Source: an uncultured delta proteobacterium
Lineage (GTDB): Bacteria; Myxococcota_A; Polyangia; Fen-1088
Reading direction: 5' to 3'
Assembly (NCBI GenBank): GCA_963767925.1
Contig: CAVYGB010000008.1
Location: 1,792,001 to 1,856,000 of the forward strand
DNA length: 64,000 bases
The notes beneath the pieces were generated by a model. The model was not told the origin of the DNA, ran no database searches, and saw nothing but the letters and a program-made list of their open reading frames with translations. The stretch's first letter is position 1. Every line of letters starts with the position of its first letter. The translations under genes and the position numbers were made by a program. This document shows positions 56,635-64,000 of this stretch, piece by piece.

Positions 56635-59600
56635 GTGCGCTCTCACCCGCTGCCCACGTTCCTGCTCGCCGTGCTGGCCGCCCTCGGCGGCGGCACCGGC
56701 GTGGCCCCCGCGCGCGCCCAGCCCGCCCCGGAGACGCCCGCGGCCGATCCGCCACCTGCGGATCCGCCGGATCCGCAGGCGCCGCTCGTGCCGGCCCGGA
56801 TCGGCGCCGTCACCGTCACGGGCAGCGTGGATCCTCCCGGACGGCTGGAGAGCCTCATCACCTTGCTGGCCCCGCCCGGGTCGCCCTACATCGAGCCGGG
56901 GCCCATGGACCAGATCGGTGAGCCAGTCGGGACCGTGGCCCGCCTGGAGGCCGCCCTGAGCCGCCTGGGCTACGAGCCCTCGGTCCGGGCGGTCCTGCCC
57001 TCGGGCGCCGGGGGGGCGGTCGAGCTGTCGATCCAGTTGCGGCCAGCGGACCGGGTCCGCCACATCTTCGTCCAGGGCAACTGGCCCATGCGCCAGGACG
57101 AGATCTTGCGGCGGCTGACCCTCCGGCCGGGACAGGCGCTGCCCCCTCCGGGAACGCCGCGGAACAGCCGGCTCGAGCAGGAGCGGCAGAGCGTCCTCAC
57201 CTTCCTGCGCGACCAGGGCTACCTGGAGGCGCGGGTGGCCATCCGGCTCGAAGCCCGCTCCCCCTCCCCTGCCCCGGTCAACCTGGTCATCGACATCGAC
57301 GAGGGCCAGGGCTTTCCCATCGGCACGATAACCGTCGAGGGCAACCAGGTCCTGACCGACGACGACATCGCCGGAGGCTTTCGCCACCTCGATCGCCGGC
57401 TGCTCTGGACCCGACCGCAGCCCTTCCGGCTGAGCATCCTGCGCGAGGACCGCAACAAGCTGACCGAGCGCTATCGGGATCTGGGCTACGCCGGGGTCCG
57501 GGTCACGGTCGACTTCGATCCGTCGGCCATCGACTTCCGCCAGCGAAACGTCCAGCTCCACGTCGACGTGCTCGAGCGCAAGCGGGTCGAGGTCCAGTTC
57601 GAGGGCAACGAGGAGATCGACGACGACGACCTGCGCGACGTGATCACCATCTTCTCGCGCGGGTCCTACGTCAACGTGGAGACCCGCTCCAGCGAGGAGG
57701 CCATCGCCCAGCTCTACCGCAGCAAGGGGCACCTGTTCGTCAAGGTCGCGTCCCGCAGCGACGGGTCGGCGGCCGAGGTGCATCGCATCTGGTTCGTCAT
57801 CAACGAAGGACCCAGCCTCAAGGTGCGAGAGGTCGCCTTCGAGGGCCAGCGCGCCTTCTCCGCCTCCCAGCTCGCCGACGTGGTGACGGCACGGGAGTTT
57901 CCCCTCCTGGGCCGCGTCGGCGTCGGAGAAGGCGGCTACGCCAGCTTCCGCCAGCTCGAGCTCGACGTCGAGCGGCTGACCAACTTCTACCAGGGGGCCG
58001 GCTACCCGGACGCCCGTGTCCGCTGCCAGGTCGCGCCCCGGCCCGAGCGCTGGCAACCGCTCGGACCCGACGTGGGCAACGACCCGGCCTGGGCCGGCAC
58101 CGACGCCTTGCACGTGCGCTTCTCCATCGAGGAAGGTCCCCGGGTCGACCTCTCGCAGGTCGTCTTCGAGGTGGGCCCCGGCGAGCGCCTCCCCTACCAA
58201 CCGGATTTCCTGCTCGAGTCGATCGACGGCACGGCGGGCGAGCCCGTCCGGGCCGAGGTGATCCGCAGCGACGGCGAGCGGCTACGCCGGCTGATGGGCG
58301 ACGCCGGCTTCCCCCGGGCCACCGCCGAGCCAATCGTCGAGCGCAAGGGCAACCAGATGCGCCTGCTGTGGCGCTTCCGGCTGGGCCCGCCCCTGCAAGT
58401 GGGGCCCATCTTCGTGCGGGGAAACTTCCTCACCTCCGAGCGCACCATCCGCCGCTGGACGCTGCTGCGCACGGGCGACCCCCTCACGACGACCGCCCTC
58501 GAGCGCAGCCAGCGGAACCTGGCCCTCATCCAGATCTTCAACAACGCGAGTCCCATCAGCTTCCCGCCCGAGGCCCAGGCCCAGAACACCCTGCCGATGC
58601 TGGTCGAGGTGGAGGAGCGCCACGACCACTGGGGCGTCGTCCGGATCGGGGGCGGCGCCTCCACCGAGCAGGCCACGCCCGGCGGCCTGGTCGGTTACTA
58701 CGGGGCGCTGGGCTACGAGCACCGTAACCTGTTCGGCCAGAGCTGGCTGTTCTTCACCCGGGGGGAGCTGGGAAACTCGATCACCCGGCTCGACGCCCAG
58801 TTCACCGACCCCCGCTTCCTGGGGACCCTCTTCCGGCTCAACGTCACGGGCACCTACCTGCGGCAGGCGACCGTCCGACTCGGCGACATCCGCTCCGGGG
58901 GTGGGACCATCGGGTTCGCCCGGGAGATGTACCCCGGCTTCGACGCCTCCCTGACCTACGGTCTGCGCAACACGGTGCGCACGGAGTTCCTCGTGCGCCT
59001 CTCCGGTCCGCTCGACCAGCAGGCGACGGTGAACATCGGGACGGTCGTCGGCAGCCTGGCCCTGGGGATCGACTGGCAACGGCTCGACAACCCCCTGGTC
59101 CCCACCCGGGGTTTCCGCGTGCAGGCCGGGGTGGAGCTGGCAGCCCCGGCGCTCTCCTTTCACTCCGGCGAGGACACCTTCATCAAGACCACCGCCCGCG
59201 CCCTCCACGTGATCCCGCTGTCGCGGCGCCTGGGGTTGCGCCACAGCCTGCGCTACGACCACGGCTTTCCCCTGGCGGGCGCCTCCTTGCTTCCCAAGGT
59301 CGAGCGCATCTTCGCCGGCGGCGACACGACGCTGCGGGGGTTCGACCTCGACCGGGCCCGCACCCAGGAGGTGCGCGCCGACCTCGTGAGCAACATTGCC
59401 TTCACCCAGTACGCGCCGGTGGGCGGCAACCTGCGCCTGCTCCAGAACGTCGACCTGCAGTACCACCTGCTCGGTCCCTGGTACGGGGGCGTGTTCTTCG
59501 ACAGCGGGGTGGTCGCCGACTCCCTCGACGCGCTCGACCCCCGCGATTTCCGCCACGGAGCGGGGGTGGCCCCTTTCATGTTCCGGCTCCCCATCGGAGA

Positions 59601-59691
59601 CATCAGCATCTCCTGGGCCTGGCCCCTAGACCCGCAACCGGGCGACTCCCGGATCGGCCGCCTTCACTTCAACGTCGGCCTGATGTTCTGA
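56635..59691 (+). CDS. Omp85-family outer membrane protein (TamA/BamA-like) with multiple POTRA domains
   Basis: POTRA repeats (YRDLGY, I.EG, V.FEGN), HRNLFG, GGDTTLRGF, GGN, FFDSG, terminal beta-signal FNVGLMF. Start inferred. Confidence 0.9.
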   Translation: MRSHPLPTFLLAVLAALGGGTGVAPARAQPAPETPAADPPPADPPDPQAPLVPARIGAVTVTGSVDPPGRLESLITLLAPPGSPYIEPGPMDQIGEPVGTVARLEAALSRLGYEPSVRAVLPSGAGGAVELSIQLRPADRVRHIFVQGNWPMRQDEILRRLTLRPGQALPPPGTPRNSRLEQERQSVLTFLRDQGYLEARVAIRLEARSPSPAPVNLVIDIDEGQGFPIGTITVEGNQVLTDDDIAGGFRHLDRRLLWTRPQPFRLSILREDRNKLTERYRDLGYAGVRVTVDFDPSAIDFRQRNVQLHVDVLERKRVEVQFEGNEEIDDDDLRDVITIFSRGSYVNVETRSSEEAIAQLYRSKGHLFVKVASRSDGSAAEVHRIWFVINEGPSLKVREVAFEGQRAFSASQLADVVTAREFPLLGRVGVGEGGYASFRQLELDVERLTNFYQGAGYPDARVRCQVAPRPERWQPLGPDVGNDPAWAGTDALHVRFSIEEGPRVDLSQVVFEVGPGERLPYQPDFLLESIDGTAGEPVRAEVIRSDGERLRRLMGDAGFPRATAEPIVERKGNQMRLLWRFRLGPPLQVGPIFVRGNFLTSERTIRRWTLLRTGDPLTTTALERSQRNLALIQIFNNASPISFPPEAQAQNTLPMLVEVEERHDHWGVVRIGGGASTEQATPGGLVGYYGALGYEHRNLFGQSWLFFTRGELGNSITRLDAQFTDPRFLGTLFRLNVTGTYLRQATVRLGDIRSGGGTIGFAREMYPGFDASLTYGLRNTVRTEFLVRLSGPLDQQATVNIGTVVGSLALGIDWQRLDNPLVPTRGFRVQAGVELAAPALSFHSGEDTFIKTTARALHVIPLSRRLGLRHSLRYDHGFPLAGASLLPKVERIFAGGDTTLRGFDLDRARTQEVRADLVSNIAFTQYAPVGGNLRLLQNVDLQYHLLGPWYGGVFFDSGVVADSLDALDPRDFRHGAGVAPFMFRLPIGDISISWAWPLDPQPGDSRIGRLHFNVGLMF

Positions 59692-59703
59692 CCGCTGGCT
59701 CGA

Positions 59704-60351
59704 TCACAGCGGGCCGACAACGAGGGCGATCTTGTTGTGGCGCTTCTCGAACACCATCTTCGCGTCGACCGCCTCCCGGAAGGCCTGGAACGACCCGAGC
59801 CGGACCCGGTACCAGATCCCTTTGCCCGGGATCTCCGACACGACGACGATTGGCTTCTCCCCGTCGAAGCTTCCGGCGAAGGCCTCCGCCTCGGCCCGGT
59901 CGGGGAAGGAACCGACCTGCAGCATGAAGCGCGGTTTGTTCCCGGCCTGCTTGGCGGGCGCGGCGACCGACTCGGACCGGGGCAGCTCCGGGGCGGTGGC
60001 GGCGGGCGCGAGCGCCGCCATGGGCGCAGCCGGTGGCTTTCTCGGAATGGGGATCTCGGCCGCCGGGCGCTCCGCGCGCGCCGTCGGCGGCGGAGGGCTG
60101 GCGGCCGGCGCGGGGGTGGTGGTGGAGGCCACCCGGTCGAGGAGGGCCAGCGGATCTTCGATCTCGGGAGCCAGCGCCCTGCCCCGCGATTCGATCCGCT
60201 TGCCGACGATCACGCCGAGGACGAAGAGCAGGCAGGCCACCAGGGCGCTGCCGAAGAACAGAAACGCGACCTGCCGGTTGTCGAGGCGCACCTCGATCTT
60301 GTCTTTCCAGCGATCCACATCGCGCAGTCCCTGCTGTTCCATGCTCGGCAC
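59704..60351 (-). CDS. SPOR domain membrane protein (DedD/FtsN-like)
   Basis: LDNRQV + TM, Pro/Ala linker, LQVGSF..WYRVRLGSF. Start at GTG 60351 or ATG 60342. Confidence 0.9.
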   Translation of the reverse strand: MPSMEQQGLRDVDRWKDKIEVRLDNRQVAFLFFGSALVACLLFVLGVIVGKRIESRGRALAPEIEDPLALLDRVASTTTPAPAASPPPPTARAERPAAEIPIPRKPPAAPMAALAPAATAPELPRSESVAAPAKQAGNKPRFMLQVGSFPDRAEAEAFAGSFDGEKPIVVVSEIPGKGIWYRVRLGSFQAFREAVDAKMVFEKRHNKIALVVGPL

Positions 60352-60395
60352 CGGGAATTGTACCCAGTGTCCGACCCTCCCCGCGGCCTGTCAAA

Positions 60396-63300
60396 TTACT
60401 GGATGGGGAACAGCGAATCGAAGTCGGGGGAATCGATGAATCCGCCCGGGTAGAGCTGGGCTGGCCGGGGATTGACCCGCAGGATCTGACCCCGGCTCAG
60501 GGAGGTGGATGTGCGCCCCTGGTCCACGACGAACAGGTACGGGGGAGGCGCCCCCTCGGTCGCGTCACCCAGGGTCTGAGCCGAATCCATGGGGCCGGTG
60601 ACGATGCGAGCACCCAGTCGAAAATCCACGGTCAGCCGGGACGCGCGAACCTCGAGGGGAGCGAACCCGCCCTCGATGGCCACGAACACCGAGGCCGCGT
60701 CGCCCACGTATTGCTCGAGGTTGGTGAAGACGAACCGTACCGTGGGGTTTTCGAAGAGCGCCTTGACGTGCTCCTGACTGCCGCCAGCGTCCTCGTTCGG
60801 GCCCCGGAACAGGCAGGCGTTGCCCCACCCGCCCAGGTCCGACTCGGGGGTCAGCGGAATGACCTTCCCTGCGATCGCGTCTGGCCCATCGACGATGTTC
60901 TTGCAGTGGGGGGCGGAGAGCGAGATCCGCTGGCCGTAGCTCGGATTGCGCGCGGGATCGGGGACACAACGGCCACCCCAGGGATCTGTAGAAGGTTCCT
61001 CCTTGCGCGACCCGAGGTTCGGCAGGACGTTGCTGGAGAGGATGTAGGAGTGCCCGGCCTGCACCCGGTACGAGAGCAGGTGGGGCAAACACTCCGAGCG
61101 CACCGCCGGGGCCTCCACGCAGAGCGGGCCCAGCGTAGCGTCGCCCACATCGGCGCAGACATGGCCCGGCCGGCACAGCCGGTCGCTGAGCTGCCAGGAG
61201 CCGTCCTGCGCCCGCTCCCCGCAGGGCTTGAGGCAACGCGGGCCCCCGCCGGCGGTGGTGGTGACACAGCGGAACCCGGGGTCCCCGGTGCTGGCGTTGG
61301 GCTGATGGGCGGTGTCGGGCTGGCAGATCGAGTCGTCCTGGCAGGGATACAGGCGGGGCTGCGGCACCTCGTCCGGCCGCAGGCCGAGGGCCAGGCGTCC
61401 GCGGAAGACCTCCCGCACCGCGAAGCGGCGCCGGCTCGAGAGCTCGGACCGGCAGAGGCGCATCCGCTCCTCGTCGGCCACGAAGTCGCGGGGCAGGCAG
61501 ATCCCCTGGGCACCGGGGGCGGCGCGGTGACAGACCTGGAGCCCCCGCCGGTCCCGGTTGCACTGCTCGTCCTGATCACACCCCAGCAGGGCCAGAACGT
61601 CCCCCTCCTCGACGCCGGCGCGGCAGAAGTCGGCCCCCGGATCGGTAAGGGTCATGAGGTTGGTCCCGGCCGGCTCGATACGAGCTCCCTGGCGCTCGGT
61701 CCCCGGGACCGTCCCTTCCCAGTTGATGCCGAACTGCTCGGGGGCAGCGGCGTAAGGGCGGGGAAACTGCACGTAGCGGGCGCTGCTGGCGGTGGCGGTG
61801 ACAAAGGTCTCCAGGCGCGGCCCGTCCAGGCGCGAAGTGAACGCGATCCGGCTGGGAAACGGGATCTGCTCCGGCGTGAACTGCCGGTCCGGCTCTCCGG
61901 CGACGTAGGCGCTGCCACCGGCCAGGTTCCCCTGGCTGGCGCCCAGGCGCCTGAAGTTGTGGGGAAGCGTGGTGAGCTCGGGGATCGCCGACTGCTGGGT
62001 GCCCCCCTCGCCATCGACCGCCACGTGATAGATCTGCCCGGTGGAGCTGATCAGGAAGCCGATGGCCTGATTGCCCACCTGGGCGAAGGCGATGTCGACC
62101 GGCACGGGCGGCGCCACCATCGGCTGCGGGGCCGGGATGCGCAGACCCGGTCCGTCGCTGAGCAGGCGCCGCGGTTTGCCCTCGCTCACGGGGAAGCAGG
62201 GGGAGTCCAATCCGAGCAGGGAGTTGGGCTCCACGTTCACGTCGCACTCCCGCTCCCGCCCACCCGACGGCAGGCCCACGTCGACCACCCGCACCGATCC
62301 GTCCCGGGCGAAGGCGTACAGGAACATCCCCCGCCCCCCCACGAAGCGGCCGTTGGGAAGCCGGGGCGGACCGTAAGGGTTGAGCGAGAGGCGTAGGCGC
62401 GTGACCCCGCCGGCATTTTCGGCCAGGGGCACCCGGCGGTCGTCGGGCAGCTTCTCGATTCCGGCCAGCCCGATCCCGAGGGCGGTGATGACGGGAGAGC
62501 CGGCCGCCCCGACGTAGGCCCGGGTCCCGTCCGGCATGATCGCCAGCGCCCCTACCCCCAGGCTGGTGCCAGTGGGGCCCGCGCCGGCATCGCCCGCCCC
62601 TGCGCCCGCGTCCGGGCCCGCCGGCTGCGCGCTCCCGCAATCGGCGGGGCAAACCGGGTTGTTCCCCTGGTCGATCACGGTGCCGTCGGCCAGGATGCGC
62701 ACCGAGCTCACGATCTGTCCGAACCAGCGCCCCTCGCCGCCGGCGACCGGCATCTCCACCAGGGCGACGAGGTCGCAGCTCGGGAACGTGACCAGGGCCC
62801 GCCAGGGGACGACCCCGGCCGCGGTGGGGACGCCGTCGGCCCGGCAGGCCGGGGCGGGATTGGCCTGCGCCTCCAGCTGGGAGCCGACCGCGGCCCCGGT
62901 GGGCAAGAAGGCGATCTCGAAGGGAGAGGCCCGCAGCTCGGCGCTCGCCGTGCGAAAGCGGAGGTGGGTCACGATGGGACCGGCCCCCGAGCTGGGGGCA
63001 CGCACCGGAAACTGGGGAGCCAGCAAGCGCGGCAGGTCGACCAGCGACAGGTCGCAGGAACCGCGATTGGCCGTGACCGCCCGGCAGCTATCGTCGCTCA
63101 CCGAGATGACCTCGGGCAGCGCGCCCACCGGGAGCTGGTTGTAGCCCGGGTTGCGCGCGTCGAGGTCGAGCAGGGGGGAGATGCGGTAGTCCGCGAGATC
63201 GAAGTCGATCGCCGCCAGCTCGCCGCGGGCCGTGTTGGTGGCCAGCCCGAAGGTGCCCTCCACCCGGTTGCTCAGGTCGGCCCGGGGGTCGGGCTGGTCG

Positions 63301-63548
63301 GGAGAGTGGCACCAGGCCATCGGCCGGCCGGTCACCGTCATGGCGTCGCCGCTGCCGAAGACCCCCAGACAGGCGAAGGCGAGGTCCGAGGGGCGCTCCA
63401 GGTTGCGAACCGGGACGACGGTGAAGTCCTCGCCGCATCCGGCCGCCCCCACGAGCAGGAGGAGCGCCACCGAGGTCGCGCCGGCCCGGGTCCACCGGTG
63501 AGGATGATTCTGCTTGGCGCGCTCTGAGCCGATCATGACACCCCTCAT
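60396..63548 (-). CDS. Large Cys-rich lipoprotein with beta-propeller-like segments
   Basis: Lipobox AAGC, LERPSDLAFAC, PDGTRAYVG, many Cys clusters, YLFVVDQG. ATGA overlap with the upstream gene. Confidence 0.85.
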   Translation of the reverse strand: MRGVMIGSERAKQNHPHRWTRAGATSVALLLLVGAAGCGEDFTVVPVRNLERPSDLAFACLGVFGSGDAMTVTGRPMAWCHSPDQPDPRADLSNRVEGTFGLATNTARGELAAIDFDLADYRISPLLDLDARNPGYNQLPVGALPEVISVSDDSCRAVTANRGSCDLSLVDLPRLLAPQFPVRAPSSGAGPIVTHLRFRTASAELRASPFEIAFLPTGAAVGSQLEAQANPAPACRADGVPTAAGVVPWRALVTFPSCDLVALVEMPVAGGEGRWFGQIVSSVRILADGTVIDQGNNPVCPADCGSAQPAGPDAGAGAGDAGAGPTGTSLGVGALAIMPDGTRAYVGAAGSPVITALGIGLAGIEKLPDDRRVPLAENAGGVTRLRLSLNPYGPPRLPNGRFVGGRGMFLYAFARDGSVRVVDVGLPSGGRERECDVNVEPNSLLGLDSPCFPVSEGKPRRLLSDGPGLRIPAPQPMVAPPVPVDIAFAQVGNQAIGFLISSTGQIYHVAVDGEGGTQQSAIPELTTLPHNFRRLGASQGNLAGGSAYVAGEPDRQFTPEQIPFPSRIAFTSRLDGPRLETFVTATASSARYVQFPRPYAAAPEQFGINWEGTVPGTERQGARIEPAGTNLMTLTDPGADFCRAGVEEGDVLALLGCDQDEQCNRDRRGLQVCHRAAPGAQGICLPRDFVADEERMRLCRSELSSRRRFAVREVFRGRLALGLRPDEVPQPRLYPCQDDSICQPDTAHQPNASTGDPGFRCVTTTAGGGPRCLKPCGERAQDGSWQLSDRLCRPGHVCADVGDATLGPLCVEAPAVRSECLPHLLSYRVQAGHSYILSSNVLPNLGSRKEEPSTDPWGGRCVPDPARNPSYGQRISLSAPHCKNIVDGPDAIAGKVIPLTPESDLGGWGNACLFRGPNEDAGGSQEHVKALFENPTVRFVFTNLEQYVGDAASVFVAIEGGFAPLEVRASRLTVDFRLGARIVTGPMDSAQTLGDATEGAPPPYLFVVDQGRTSTSLSRGQILRVNPRPAQLYPGGFIDSPDFDSLFPIQ

Positions 63549-64000
63549 CGTCGCAGGGTCGGAAAGCCGATCCTCTGCACTACCTTGTTCTCCGTCGGGC
63601 TTCCCGGCTTCAGATCGATCACCGAGACGTTGTTGTCGCTGAAGCCGGCCAGGTAGGCCGTCGTCGGATCGCCCGGGGCAAAGACCAGCGTGGTTGGTCC
63701 CCGGCCCGCGTTGATCACGGCCGCGACCTCCATGAGATCCGGCTCGATCACGTAGACTTGACCGGACTCGAAGCAGACCGCGTAGAGCCGGGCCCCGCGC
63801 CCGGCGTCGTGGCGGTGCAGCTCGCTGGCGCCCGAGCAGATCTCGACCACGTCGATGGGGCGGTTGACCGGCCGGCCCTGGGCGTCGGGCGAGCGATCCA
63901 CCGCCACCAGCGCGGGAGGGTTGTCGCGCGCGTAGAGGGAGAGCGGGTTCGGGTTCCGGTGGAGAACGTAGGCTCGGCGCTTGTCGGGCGACAGGACGAA
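63545..64000 (-). CDS. YncE-like beta-propeller protein, 5'-truncated by the window edge
   Basis: Frame open to the edge: FVLSPDKRRAYVLHR, LYAVCFESGQVYVIEP, AYLAGFSDNNVSVIDL. Confidence 0.8.
   Translation of the reverse strand, partial: FVLSPDKRRAYVLHRNPNPLSLYARDNPPALVAVDRSPDAQGRPVNRPIDVVEICSGASELHRHDAGRGARLYAVCFESGQVYVIEPDLMEVAAVINAGRGPTTLVFAPGDPTTAYLAGFSDNNVSVIDLKPGSPTENKVVQRIGFPTLRR

Noticed and set aside
1..64000. CRISPR arrays, rRNA/tRNA, IS elements, prophage or defence genes
   Set aside because: No regularly spaced repeats, RNA-gene signatures, or transposase, integrase or phage motifs were seen by eye.

Overview
Very GC-rich chromosomal window, most likely from a Myxococcota (Polyangia-like) bacterium. 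That assignment is inferred from TPR-PEGA proteins, Cys-rich lipoproteins, a MYXO-CTERM-like tail, a DUF1592/DUF1552 pair and a eukaryote-like kinase. About 48 genes are supported. Housekeeping genes are an epimerase-yicC-gmk-rel operon (no rpoZ), polA, tamB with an Omp85/TamA-like gene, a SPOR protein and yvcK. Around them lie many secreted or lipoprotein genes of unknown function, two orphan ABC substrate-binding proteins, a decayed hybrid kinase pseudogene and a frameshifted beta-carbonic anhydrase. I saw no rRNA, tRNA, CRISPR array, transposase or integrase. The best candidates for undescribed systems are: (1) a terminator-bounded two-gene cell-surface operon at 38674-43560, encoding a Cys-rich lipoprotein and a TSP3/MYXO-CTERM-like protein with an apparently dead protease site; (2) a CotH ecto-kinase lipoprotein coupled to a Gly-rich repeat lipoprotein behind a sigma54-like site; (3) a 54-aa basic ORF after rel that is missing from the ORF track; (4) a PolX lacking its polymerase aspartates but with an intact PHP domain; (5) a local cluster of pseudo-enzymes; (6) a pair of beta-propeller/Cys-rich genes at the right edge. 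Family assignments come from motif recognition by eye, not database searches.
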